From NCBI GenBank assembly GCA_964478755.1, contig CAYZJP010000006.1:5350-69349 (forward strand): 64,000 nt of DNA, in the 5' to 3' direction. The notes beneath the pieces were generated by a model. The model was given only the letters and a program-made list of their open reading frames with translations, made no database searches and was not told the DNA's origin. Origin of the DNA: an uncultured Klebsiella sp. Its GTDB lineage: Bacteria; Verrucomicrobiota; Verrucomicrobiia; Limisphaerales; SXTU01. Positions 16,158 through 25,769 of the stretch are shown one piece after another. The position numbers and the translations under genes are program-made. The stretch's first letter is position 1; each line of letters starts with the position of its first letter.

Positions 16158-17312
16158 CTACGGGCTCTGCGGCATCAAGCCCTTGAGACCTTTCGCCAGT
16201 TTCACAACAAACGCGTCAAACCCAAATTCCGCAATCACTTGGCGGCGGAGTTCCTCCGGCTGGGACAGAAGCGGGTGCGGATGACGGCCTTGCAAAACTC
16301 GCACCAGCGCATGGCCGATCTCGGCGACAGATGTCGGATTCACCAGCACACCGAACCGTCCGTCAGCCAGGGCGTCGGTGGAGCCGTCCCGGTTTCCTGC
16401 CACGACGGGTTTGCCGCTGGCCATGGCTTCGAGAAACACGATGCCAAATCCCTCGCCTGTGCTGGGCATGGCGAAGACATCGCACAGGCGGTAATAGTCG
16501 GGCAGTTCCGTGTCAGCGATGAAACCGGCCAGCGTGACGTGCGCTGTCAGTCCACGCACGCGGATCAGTTCGCGCAGACGCGGCAGATCATTGCCCGTCC
16601 CACCAATGAGGTAGTGGGCCTTAGGAACTTGCGCATGGATCGCCGGCAGGGCTTCCAGCAGGAGGTCGTAGCCCTTGTAGCGCTCACTGGCTGCGAGGCG
16701 GCAGAGGGTAAAAATGATTTTCTGGTCCGGGCGCAATCCGTGCCGCGTGAGGAGAGCGGATGGTTTGGGACCAGGCCGGAAGCGTTCGGCGGCGAAAGTA
16801 TTGGGCAGGATGGCAATTTTTCCGGTTGTGATTCCCTGGTCTGTGCGTAGCCGCTCGGCCGTGTAACGGCTGACGGCGAACACGCGGTCTGCGGCTTGCA
16901 AGGCGCGACGGCGCAGAGAATGAATCGGCCCCCAAACTTCGATGCCGTGCGCCACCACGGCAAAAGGCACGCCACGCAGTCTCTTCAGCAAATGAGCAAT
17001 CGGTGCAAAGTTCACGTGCGTGGTGACAATCACAGCGGGTGGACGGCGGAGGTTGGTCAGCAACAGATCGCCACCAAAGGCAAGCGACCTGCGCCATCGA
17101 GGGACATCACCGTATGATTTGATCCGCCAACGCACCGGGACGGAGCCGTCAGCAGGCGGGCCATTGAGCTTGGCGCAGGCTTGGAGCGGGTATTCAGCGA
17201 AAGCAGCCTGAAAAGCGCGGAATGCAAAAAAGGAGAAGGTTTGCAACCCTCCCCGGCTGGGTTCGAAATCCGGTGCCCATAGCTCAACGCGCGAACTGAT
17301 GTTTGATCTCAG
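16158..17312 (-). CDS. Glycosyltransferase family 4
   Basis: ORF 16158..17582. The GT4 core contains GEGFGIVFLEAMASGKPVV, and the conserved N-terminus starts at VELWAPDFEPSRGG. There is no in-frame ATG or GTG after the upstream stop at 17315, so the start is provisionally placed at the CTG at 17312 and is uncertain. Confidence 0.7.
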   Translation of the reverse strand: MRSNISSRVELWAPDFEPSRGGLQTFSFFAFRAFQAAFAEYPLQACAKLNGPPADGSVPVRWRIKSYGDVPRWRRSLAFGGDLLLTNLRRPPAVIVTTHVNFAPIAHLLKRLRGVPFAVVAHGIEVWGPIHSLRRRALQAADRVFAVSRYTAERLRTDQGITTGKIAILPNTFAAERFRPGPKPSALLTRHGLRPDQKIIFTLCRLAASERYKGYDLLLEALPAIHAQVPKAHYLIGGTGNDLPRLRELIRVRGLTAHVTLAGFIADTELPDYYRLCDVFAMPSTGEGFGIVFLEAMASGKPVVAGNRDGSTDALADGRFGVLVNPTSVAEIGHALVRVLQGRHPHPLLSQPEELRRQVIAEFGFDAFVVKLAKGLKGLMPQSP

Positions 17313-17314
17313 GG

Positions 17315-18709
17315 TTAGGGATCGGGATGAATCCCACTGCTCGAGGAATCGGCATTGGTGGCAAACGCACCATTCGCCGGTCTGTTCGGTGAGCGGGCTG
17401 GCACGGGCTTCGACTCCAAGAATTGCTTGTTTAAATGGAACATCACTGCGGCCGTGGCAAGCGACGCCGAGATGGCCACAAACGAACCCAGGAAATTGAG
17501 CAACGGCAGGCCCAGCAGCAGCCACACGGCAAACCGGTTGGTGCGCCCCTCTTGGAGACATTCGCCCGCCCTCAGATCGCACAAGGCAAGCAAGCCCCCC
17601 ATGATGATCGAGCCTATGATCAGCCCAACCCGGCCAAAATTGGCGTAAAGCTCCATGACTGGCCCAATCCCCACGCTGGTGCCATCAGGGAACTGTATGC
17701 CGGTCAACTCTCCCACGAGATTGCCACTCCCCGAAATTAGATCCTTGCCCGGCCAAAGGAAGCGCGGAATGATCGCGAAAAAAGCTGATTTGAATGATTC
17801 ACCTCGCCAGTAGTCAACCTCGCCGCGGGTCAGGCGGTTGATGGCTGCTCCCAACAGATAATTCTGGTTAAGCCGGCCATCCACCAGTTCGAACTGCGCC
17901 TCGGAGTGAGGATTAAACCAGTCGAACCTGGAAAAAGTGTCCGCGATTATCCGAGCGCGGCCCTGAAGAGCTTCACCGCCCCAGACTGAATCGCGGATAT
18001 CAACCCGGTCACGCATATACGTGACGTAGATGGACAAACCCACAAACAAAGCCACCGGCCCCAGCAGCAGCACCACGAAGCGAGGACGGAGGTTGGCAGC
18101 CACGAGGCTCACGATCAGGACGACGGAGTTGATGCCAAAGCCAATGAAGCCGCTTTGGATGATCGTGCTCGCGGGAAAAATGATCGTGCCTGCCACTAGT
18201 GCCGCCAGAAGCAGAAACGACCGCGCTTGAGCGGCCTGGTAGGCCAGAATTCCCCAAGCCGCCACGGTCAGGCTCGCCAGCGTGCTGGAAACGGCTGTCC
18301 CTGAGGGAATGAGGTTGAAGAGCGGGGCGAGCGCGTAACCGAAGACAGCACCCGCGAGAAAAATCCGCGAAGGCGAAATCCATTTTCTTTCGTTCTTGGC
18401 AGATTGTTCAGATGTCAATCTGCCGTAACTCCGCAGGATGAACCGGCTCGCCATCGCTCCCGCACACAGGCATCCCAAACTGAGCACTGCCTCGGGGAAG
18501 CCCACCGCCGTCTCCGCAGCAAATGAACTGTTGAACCACGGCAGCGCGTGCATGACTCCAGCCACGCCGTAGTTTTGGAGGAAATGCAACCAGTAGCCCA
18601 GCAACAGTCCAGCCCCTGGCGTCTTGCTTTGCAACGTCCACCAGAGGACGAAACCAGTGCAAGCCAGCAGGCCGAAAACTGCGGGGACAAGCTCGGGGTG
18701 TAGATTCAT
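17315..18709 (-). CDS. Polytopic membrane protein, putative polysaccharide polymerase (Wzy-like)
   Basis: 464 aa with about 10 or more hydrophobic segments and one large soluble loop. G+C is lower than in the neighbouring genes, and the gene sits between GT genes. The assignment rests on architecture and context only. Confidence 0.5.
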   Translation of the reverse strand: MNLHPELVPAVFGLLACTGFVLWWTLQSKTPGAGLLLGYWLHFLQNYGVAGVMHALPWFNSSFAAETAVGFPEAVLSLGCLCAGAMASRFILRSYGRLTSEQSAKNERKWISPSRIFLAGAVFGYALAPLFNLIPSGTAVSSTLASLTVAAWGILAYQAAQARSFLLLAALVAGTIIFPASTIIQSGFIGFGINSVVLIVSLVAANLRPRFVVLLLGPVALFVGLSIYVTYMRDRVDIRDSVWGGEALQGRARIIADTFSRFDWFNPHSEAQFELVDGRLNQNYLLGAAINRLTRGEVDYWRGESFKSAFFAIIPRFLWPGKDLISGSGNLVGELTGIQFPDGTSVGIGPVMELYANFGRVGLIIGSIIMGGLLALCDLRAGECLQEGRTNRFAVWLLLGLPLLNFLGSFVAISASLATAAVMFHLNKQFLESKPVPARSPNRPANGAFATNADSSSSGIHPDP

Positions 18710-19899
18710 GCGCAGGTCGCTGGTCTGGTCAGACGGCCCGTCTCCTCAGCGATACGGAGGAAATCCGCCGCCGCGTCACGCCAGTCGCGCTGGCGAAAAC
18801 TCGTGGAGAGGCAGCACGCCATCGTTTCAAGCTCCGCGCGGTGAGCGTCACACCAATTCAATCGTTCCACGAAACGCTCAGGCGAGCGAATGGGCAGCAC
18901 CCAGCCGTTCACCCCTTCGGTGATCAAATCCGTCCCCGCTCCGTTGGGCGTGGCGATCTGGGGCAGTCCCGCCGCGCACGCCTGCGCCATGACGGCAGGA
19001 AAACCGTCGTGAATGGTGGGAAAAACGAACAAATCGGCCCATGAATAGTGCGCGGGGAGTTCCCCCTGTGGCACCCGCGGAAAGAATTCAATCCGGCCCA
19101 GCAACGAGACGGCAAGGTTCATGGTCTCTAACGGCATTTTCCCGACAAAGCGGAAGCGGAAGCGCTTCTGCGGCAGTGCCCGCACAATTGCAGCGAAGTC
19201 GTGCATGCCCTTCTGGTAGGAAAAGGTGCCTACGTTCAGCACCCGCAACGGTGCTCCCGACACAATTCGTTGGCAACGTGCTTCGACCGTGCCGGGAGCG
19301 GGCTGGAATGCTGTGACACGAACACCTGACACCATCAGCCTCACCTGCGCCTGATCAAAGCCCCGGTCCAGAAACGTCTGCCGGGAGAAGCTCGACAGGG
19401 TCACTACCGCATCCGCCAGTCGGTATTCACGTTCCTCACGCGCCATGATCAACGGACTGGGCTTGTCCTGGGGCACCCCCGTGCGCTCATGCTCTGCGGC
19501 CAGCAGTTCGAATTGCGCCCTGATGTGCGCCGACCCTCGGGCCATCAGCCGTGCCCGTGCCCGCCGCGGCCCCCGCAGATGCTCCTCCGACACCCCGCTC
19601 CACGTGTAAGTCGCATCCCAGTCCTGCCCCGCCAACCGCCGCGCCAGCCACCGGCCAAACCACTCGTGCAGCCACAAATCCCGACGCAGATCGCGCCGGC
19701 GAGGATCCAGCCGGGCCCACAGGCGCACCGCCACCCCATGCGCCACGCAGCCTCGCACGTGCTCAGGCAAAAGTCCAAATCGTTTCGCTATAAAGGCCGG
19801 GTAATTCGTGAACACCGTCACGTTGTGACCGGCTTCGATCAGCGCGCGCGCCAGCTCAAACGCGTGAAAACGTCCGTGGACTCCGATCCCGATTTTCAT
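18706..19899 (-). CDS. Glycosyltransferase (GT4-like, GT-B)
   Basis: ORF 18706..20004 trimmed to the ATG at 19899 (MKIGIGVHGRFHAFE), which forms an ATGA overlap with the upstream stop. C-terminal motif IHDGFPAVMAQACAAGLPQI. Confidence 0.8.
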   Translation of the reverse strand: MKIGIGVHGRFHAFELARALIEAGHNVTVFTNYPAFIAKRFGLLPEHVRGCVAHGVAVRLWARLDPRRRDLRRDLWLHEWFGRWLARRLAGQDWDATYTWSGVSEEHLRGPRRARARLMARGSAHIRAQFELLAAEHERTGVPQDKPSPLIMAREEREYRLADAVVTLSSFSRQTFLDRGFDQAQVRLMVSGVRVTAFQPAPGTVEARCQRIVSGAPLRVLNVGTFSYQKGMHDFAAIVRALPQKRFRFRFVGKMPLETMNLAVSLLGRIEFFPRVPQGELPAHYSWADLFVFPTIHDGFPAVMAQACAAGLPQIATPNGAGTDLITEGVNGWVLPIRSPERFVERLNWCDAHRAELETMACCLSTSFRQRDWRDAAADFLRIAEETGRLTRPATCA

Positions 19900-21599
19900 C
19901 TCAACCCGTCCGGGGACGCCGATTGGAGCCGGCGCAGAAAATCGCTCCAGACGTAAAGCCGCCATGCCGTGGTGAAGTGGCAGAACATGTCTCGCAGACT
20001 CCAACTCATGGGTGGCTTGCGCAACGGCACCGGCAACTGCTCATCGAACAGCCGCTGTGCCTCGGGCGAAACGCGGTCCCGCAACCCCTCATAGCCAATC
20101 AATCCCCACATCCACCGAAGATTGATCACAAAACCCATTTTCCGACGCTCCAAAAACCAATTGGGCCAGCCCTGAAGCTGATCCTTCAATAGCGCTTTCA
20201 TTACCCCGCCGCGAGTCAACATCTCGAATGGCACGGTGCGCACGTAAGTCATCAGGTCCCAATCCACCAACGGGCACCGCACTTCGACCGCCTGCTCAGC
20301 CGAAGCTCGGTCCACCTTGGCGAAGCCGTGCCCGACCAGATGATCGGTCACCATGCTCGCTCCCCAAGCACTCATCCACGCCGGCACCGGTGGTCCACAC
20401 GGCACGTGGGTCGCCTCCACTCTCTCCCCTTCACCACCCGCATGCTTCCACATGGCCGGCCGGCCATAGCCTAGAAACACTTCATCCCCGCCATCTCCAG
20501 TGAGCAGCACGCGGCTCCGGCTGGCCACAGCGGACACCAATTCCGCCAACGGATAGAAGGAGATCATGGCCAGCGGTTCATCCTGCTGGGTCAGGCAATC
20601 GCGCAACTGCTGGCGCAAACGCCGGATGCCGGGGCGCACGACTTCGAGGGACAGGCCTATGCGTGCGGTGGCGTAGCGGGCAAACAGCTCATCGTTGCTC
20701 AACGGCAGCAGCGCCCCAAGCGTAAGCACCTTCAGCGGAGCGCAAAGCGCGCCTTGTCGTGCGATTTTGGCCGCGATGAGGGTGATGACTGTGGAGTCAA
20801 TGCCGCCCGAACAGAGCACGGCCGGCTGGGGGCTGTCCCGCAAGCGCCGCTCCACAGCTTGTTCCAGCAAATGGGCGACGGTGGCCGCCGCCTCCGCGAA
20901 CGGCTCGCCCTCATATCGCCGCCCCGCAGATGGCGCTTGAACGTGGCGTTGCCGCTCCACTCCCTGCCAATCCAATTCCACCACTTGGCCCGGAAACACC
21001 GGGGCGACGCCGCGCAACAGGCACTGATCCGGGCGAATGAAGCTCTCCCGCCAAAAAAATTCCACAGCCTCGGAATTAATCTCTGGCCTGTGCGCCTGCG
21101 CTGCGACGAGAGCCAGCACGCTGGAACCAAACAAGACTGCCTGCCCCCAGCGCGCGATGAACAGCGGCTTCTTCCCCACGGGATCTCGAGCCACGAAAAC
21201 CCGCCGGGCGCGAATGTCCACCAAGGCCAGGCTATACATACCGCGCAGCCGGTTCAGCCCCGCCAGTCCATGCAGCGCATACGCGGCGAGAATCACCTCG
21301 GTGTCGGAAGAAGTGTGGAACGGATAGGCCGCGAGATCACGCCGCAACTCCGGATAGTTGTAAATCTCTCCGTTGAAGACGACAACGAGGCCATGCTTCT
21401 GGTCCACCAGCGGTTGGGTGGCTCGCGGATCGGAATCCACAATGGCCAGCCGCGTGTGGAGCAGTTCCACTGTCCGGTCATCCGAATGCCAAACGGAATG
21501 GGAATCCGGCCCGCGTCGGTGCAAATACGGCAGCGCGCCGGTCAAGAGGCTTTGCGCAGCTCCCGGGCAGGAAAAGATTCTACCGATGAAACCGCACAT
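19896..21599 (-). CDS. Asparagine synthase family amidotransferase (second paralogue)
   Basis: 567 aa with MCGFIG at the N-terminus and PP-loop LCSGGIDS. Confidence 0.88.
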   Translation of the reverse strand: MCGFIGRIFSCPGAAQSLLTGALPYLHRRGPDSHSVWHSDDRTVELLHTRLAIVDSDPRATQPLVDQKHGLVVVFNGEIYNYPELRRDLAAYPFHTSSDTEVILAAYALHGLAGLNRLRGMYSLALVDIRARRVFVARDPVGKKPLFIARWGQAVLFGSSVLALVAAQAHRPEINSEAVEFFWRESFIRPDQCLLRGVAPVFPGQVVELDWQGVERQRHVQAPSAGRRYEGEPFAEAAATVAHLLEQAVERRLRDSPQPAVLCSGGIDSTVITLIAAKIARQGALCAPLKVLTLGALLPLSNDELFARYATARIGLSLEVVRPGIRRLRQQLRDCLTQQDEPLAMISFYPLAELVSAVASRSRVLLTGDGGDEVFLGYGRPAMWKHAGGEGERVEATHVPCGPPVPAWMSAWGASMVTDHLVGHGFAKVDRASAEQAVEVRCPLVDWDLMTYVRTVPFEMLTRGGVMKALLKDQLQGWPNWFLERRKMGFVINLRWMWGLIGYEGLRDRVSPEAQRLFDEQLPVPLRKPPMSWSLRDMFCHFTTAWRLYVWSDFLRRLQSASPDGLR

Positions 21600-21604
21600 A
21601 GTCG

Positions 21605-22636
21605 CTACGCTCCAAGGTCACCGAGCATGACTCGCAACCGGTCCGCATAAGTGTGCCCGCCCCCCGTGATGCGCGCATGGGCGGCGCGCACCAGCCGGTT
21701 TCGTTCTTCCGGCCGGCCAACCAAATCACGGGCCTTCGCGATCATCTCCGGAGGACTGCCGAAAAACACCGCGCACTCCCCTTCCGCGCCGAGCAATTCG
21801 TGATGTTCTTCGGTGTCCTCCAGCAACATGCATCCACCCATGGCCGGCACCTCAAACGTGCGCATTGCGTGACCATCACGATTCGCACGCCGCACCAAGC
21901 ACAACGAGAGTTTCGCCGCTGGCGTCACCCGGCGCAACGTGGCCAGGTCCGCCATGCCGCGTGCATATGGCCGCAGGCCCGCCTGCCGGTCCCAATACCC
22001 GCCGTAAAGTGCCACGTTCAGTCCGGCTGCGGCCAACGCTCTGACACAAGGCAGCCGGTCCGCATCCGCGCCGCCAGCGAAGATCACATCGACATCCCGT
22101 TCCTCCGGGCTGGCGCCCTCCGCCGGGAAGTGCAGCTCTGAGTTGTAACCAAACGGTAGATACCCGACCGTTCGACAGCCAAGCGCCCGGAGGTCATCCA
22201 AGTTCTTTCGCCGCGGGGAGAATACGGCATCATAGCGGGGCAGGACTTTCAGAAACCACGGCGCGAGCTGCGTGCGGTTCCACGGGTCGTCCGTGAGGAA
22301 GTTCAGGCTGGCAACTCCGCGAGACTGGATCTCTTCCAGCCCTGCGGACGACAGCGGTGCAAAACCGGTGGTGAGCAAATGCGTTGCTTTGAACTCGACG
22401 GTCCGTCGGACTGCCTCGCGGCTGAACAAGCCAAGCCGCGCCGGTCTCCTTCCCAACCGCCACATCAATGCCCGCACGAGCCGGCTCCGGCCGTGGGCCG
22501 TATCCGCGTCCAGCAGGAGTGTCTCCACACCGAGCCGCCGTGCCGCAGTGAGCAGATGCGCGCCGACATGCGCCTCCCCGCTGTTCCCCACGATCACTAG
22601 GCGAACAGTGGGCGAGCATGACTCAGTCTCGCTCAC
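21605..22636 (-). CDS. CgeB-like glycosyltransferase-fold protein (DUF3880 / Glyco_trans_1_2-like)
   Basis: 343 aa with C-terminal RTFEVPAMGGCMLLEDTEEH...RNRLVRAAHARI, typical of the CgeB-type family. The GTG start overlaps the next gene's stop as GTGA. Confidence 0.6.
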   Translation of the reverse strand: MSETESCSPTVRLVIVGNSGEAHVGAHLLTAARRLGVETLLLDADTAHGRSRLVRALMWRLGRRPARLGLFSREAVRRTVEFKATHLLTTGFAPLSSAGLEEIQSRGVASLNFLTDDPWNRTQLAPWFLKVLPRYDAVFSPRRKNLDDLRALGCRTVGYLPFGYNSELHFPAEGASPEERDVDVIFAGGADADRLPCVRALAAAGLNVALYGGYWDRQAGLRPYARGMADLATLRRVTPAAKLSLCLVRRANRDGHAMRTFEVPAMGGCMLLEDTEEHHELLGAEGECAVFFGSPPEMIAKARDLVGRPEERNRLVRAAHARITGGGHTYADRLRVMLGDLGA

Positions 22637-23661
22637 GACCGCCGCGCCCTAACGTAAACGCTGTCCGCCAACTGCCGCAGCAGCGCGCGCGTGGCCGCCC
22701 GCCCGCGCAGCCACTCGGACAACGCGATGAGCCGCCGTCGCGCCCGCCCCATCAACGGTGCGTCCGTCGCCTGCAGGCCCAGGCCAAAATAACAGTCCAC
22801 GCTCAGGTCGGCAGGCCCCACGGCCTGCCGGAACGTGTCCACCAATTCACCCGGCCGCCAATAGCGCACCTCAAATTCCCGGCCCTCACGGAAACCCCGG
22901 CGCAACTGGTGGTAAATGCTCCGCACGCCCAGCGCGTTGGGCATCTGAATGAGACACTCGCCGCCGGGCCGCAACACGCGCGCGACCTCGCCAAGGGTCT
23001 GGTGGGCGTCGGCCTTGCTGAAGTGCTGGACCACGCTGTAGGAAAACACGTTGTCGAAGGCGCCGGGACGGAATGGCAGAAAGCGTGCGTCACCAACGAC
23101 GAAGTCCGCCGCCACGCCGAGCCGCGCGCACATCCGTTTCGCCGCCAGCACCGCGCCAAGCGAGGGATCAAGGCCGACGGGCCGGTAGCCCTTGCGCGCG
23201 GCGGCCACGGACCACCGGCCCCAACTGCAGCCGATGTCCAGCAACCGCCGGCCTTCCCCCGGCGGCAGCCGCAGCTCGGGCATGGGAAACTCGGTGACTT
23301 TGCCGATGAGGTCGCGGTAGAGGATGCCGTTCGTGGCCGAGATGAGCACGGCGACGACCGGGTCCACGACCGCGCCGTTCTCCTCGCGCAGCCGCCGGGC
23401 CAGCTCGCGCTCCTCGTCCGACACGCCGACCGTGGCCAGGAACCAATCGTCGGGCCGGCGGCCCGCGAGCGCCTCGCGCGCGGCGGTGAGCGACGCATGC
23501 GCGAGTCCGATGGTTTGCGGCACGTCGTCGCGCAGGAGCACCGGCACGCCCTCCACCACCGGATACTCGGCCCCGCCGGGCGAGCGGAGGATCTCGCCGC
23601 TCCGGGTGAGCGGTTCACCCGTGCGCGGGCAGGTGAGGTTTTGCTGAAGCCAGGCGTCCAT
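22633..23661 (-). CDS. Class I SAM-dependent methyltransferase with N-terminal Trm112-like segment
   Basis: ORF 22633..23757 trimmed to the ATG at 23661 (MDAWLQQNLTCPRTGEPL...YPVVEGVPVLL). SAM motif LLDIGCSWGR. Confidence 0.8.
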   Translation of the reverse strand: MDAWLQQNLTCPRTGEPLTRSGEILRSPGGAEYPVVEGVPVLLRDDVPQTIGLAHASLTAAREALAGRRPDDWFLATVGVSDEERELARRLREENGAVVDPVVAVLISATNGILYRDLIGKVTEFPMPELRLPPGEGRRLLDIGCSWGRWSVAAARKGYRPVGLDPSLGAVLAAKRMCARLGVAADFVVGDARFLPFRPGAFDNVFSYSVVQHFSKADAHQTLGEVARVLRPGGECLIQMPNALGVRSIYHQLRRGFREGREFEVRYWRPGELVDTFRQAVGPADLSVDCYFGLGLQATDAPLMGRARRRLIALSEWLRGRAATRALLRQLADSVYVRARRS

Positions 23662-23663
23662 GT

Positions 23664-24860
23664 TCACCCTCGACCCGCCGCTGTCACAGAATGGTAAGCC
23701 GCTGCGATGCCTTCCGCCGCGCGGGCGACGGTGTAGCCCTCCATCTTTTTGCGACACTGCGTCCGCACGCTTTCCGCACCCACCAAGGGCAACGCGCGGA
23801 CCAAGGCCGCGGCCAGTGCAGATGCGGAGTCTGTCTCGCAGACCTCGCCGGTGCGGCCTGGCTCAATCAAGTCCGGCGCGCAGCCGACGGCTTCCGAGAC
23901 GATCGCAGGCAGGCCATGATGCAACGCTTCGTTGACAACCAAGCCCCAAGTTTCCCCGTGCCGGCTGGGCAGGACGAACAAATCGGCGGCGTGGTAATAC
24001 GCGCTGAGTTCGCGCTGCTGCTTGAAGCCCACATGGCGCACCGCCAACGGCGGAGCCGCATTGGCCAGCGAAAGCAAATTCCCCTTCAACTCGCCGTCAC
24101 CCACCAACAGCAGGACATAGCGCGAACGCTCGTGCTCCGGGAACTGGCGGATCGCCTCCAACAGCAAGTCTGGGCCCTTGCGCGGACTGAGTTTGCCACA
24201 GAAGACGATGACCCGCTGACCGTCGGTCACGCCGAGTTCGCGGCGCGTAGGCCCGCGTAACTCCGCCCGCGCTGCTTCATCGGTGCGGAACGGCGTCGTG
24301 TCCACGCAATAGGGCGAGCAGTAACTTTCATCACTGCCAAAACCCAGCCGACGGAAGTGCTCGCGGGAGCGCCGCCCTACGTGCAGCAGCGCAGCGCAAC
24401 GGCGATAGAACCAGCGGAGCGCCGTGTCCCGGGCCAACCGTTTCAGAAGGTTCCTTTGTTGGGCGTGGTCCGTCGTCTCGCCACGGAAGAGCACCGGCAG
24501 CCCTGCTCGCCACGCCGTGCGAAAGGCGTCGCTGTGGTAGCGCGGACTGTAGCCGACCGAGAGCACGGCGCGAGGTTGGACGCGCCGCAACACTTCGGCC
24601 AACCCACGCGTCGTCACTTGACGGTCATCGCTCGCGCCACTGTCCGCGACGCGCGAGAGGAAGACCGGCGTGCAACCCCGGAGTAGGTCCGCGTCCCAAG
24701 AGAAGCTGGCGTTGAACTCCGCGTCCCGGTAGCCGGCCATGCTGAAGTCCGAGCCATAAATCGCCGTGACTGGAATGCCGTGCGCCCGCTGCACCTCACG
24801 CCAGACGGGCGCGTGGTATTGGATCGGATGGGTTTCGATAACAGCCAGGCATGCTGTCAT
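23664..24860 (-). CDS. Glycosyltransferase family 4
   Basis: ORF 23664..25016 trimmed to the ATG at 24860 (MTACLAVIETHPIQYHAP). Motif GETWGLVVNEALHHGLPAI. Confidence 0.85.
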   Translation of the reverse strand: MTACLAVIETHPIQYHAPVWREVQRAHGIPVTAIYGSDFSMAGYRDAEFNASFSWDADLLRGCTPVFLSRVADSGASDDRQVTTRGLAEVLRRVQPRAVLSVGYSPRYHSDAFRTAWRAGLPVLFRGETTDHAQQRNLLKRLARDTALRWFYRRCAALLHVGRRSREHFRRLGFGSDESYCSPYCVDTTPFRTDEAARAELRGPTRRELGVTDGQRVIVFCGKLSPRKGPDLLLEAIRQFPEHERSRYVLLLVGDGELKGNLLSLANAAPPLAVRHVGFKQQRELSAYYHAADLFVLPSRHGETWGLVVNEALHHGLPAIVSEAVGCAPDLIEPGRTGEVCETDSASALAAALVRALPLVGAESVRTQCRKKMEGYTVARAAEGIAAAYHSVTAAGRG

Positions 24861-24973
24861 GGCGGCGCTGGGAAAATCGGTGCGCTTTGCGCACAAGCTT
24901 GCCCGATGAGGGCGGCGCGGCCAAATCCTTAAAACAGGAAGCAAATCATTGCGAACCAAGGAGAGCAGACTTT

Positions 24974-25613
24974 TCATTTTGGCTTCCTTGCCTGGGTGCC
25001 CAACGAAAAATCCCACGGCACAGGCAGTTCAATCAGATCAAACATGGGATCTCCGGAATCGCCATAACTCACCGCCTTGATGTCCACAAAACCGATTTCT
25101 AAAAGCTCCCCACGCAGCGACGCCTGATCCCAAAGCCATTGGTGGCGAGAATTACCGAAGGCTTTGCGTAAAAGACCCTCGACGCCTCGTGGCTCCCGTT
25201 CCATGCCAAGCCCCAACCGCCGCATCAGAATATGTGCCGCGTCGGGGCTGTTGTTCTGGCAATACTCATCCACCATCTCGCGAAGGTGCGGGATGAAGAA
25301 CCGGACCGCCCCCCCCGGGTGCCAGATACCGGAACACGTTCTTCAGTGCCGCACAGAAGCCTTCCCTAGTAAGGTGCTCAAAAACTTGGTCGGCGTAAAT
25401 CCGCTGGCTGACGCCGTTGGAAATCGGCAGCCCTGACACGATATCTCCATAGCGGGCCATCTTTCCCCAAGCCGGCAGCTTGAGAATCCGCGTCAGACCG
25501 GGAACTTTACTCAGCAAGAGCGTCGGGCTCTTGTCAAAATTGTGCCACCCTTCACGCGCATGCACGCCGCAACCCACCTGCACAGGGAGCAAGTCTGATT
25601 GATTCTGGTTCAT
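24974..25613 (-). pseudogene. SAM-dependent methyltransferase split by a +1 frameshift in a G8 run
   Basis: ORFs 25266..25613 (MNQNQ...VQVGCGVHAREGWHNFD...YLAPGGGG) and 24974..25276 are the two halves of one methyltransferase. Removing one G from the run at 25309-25316 gives the continuous reading YLAPGGAVRFFIPHLREMVDEY. Confidence 0.8.
25309..25316 (-). repeat. G8 (coding strand) homopolymer at the frameshift site
   Basis: Plus strand shows 8 consecutive C at 25309-25316, followed by GGG. Confidence 0.9.
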
Positions 25614-25769
25614 ATTGCAATGGTCCGCTGCCCCAATTTTAGCCTAACACTTGGTGCAAGTTTGCGCACGAGGAACAGTGCCCGCGTTGCAGGAAGAATA
25701 ACAATGCCGAAAACCTAAAACGGATCGTCAGCCAAGCGCGTCAGAACGCAGCCAATGCAAGCAGCCGAC

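Noticed and set aside
25613-25760. TTGCAATGG (about 25614) and CCAATGCAA (about 25751) as inverted repeats of a possible invertible promoter upstream of the frameshifted methyltransferase.
   Set aside because: Only 9 bp with one mismatch, no nearby recombinase, and a chance occurrence is plausible.
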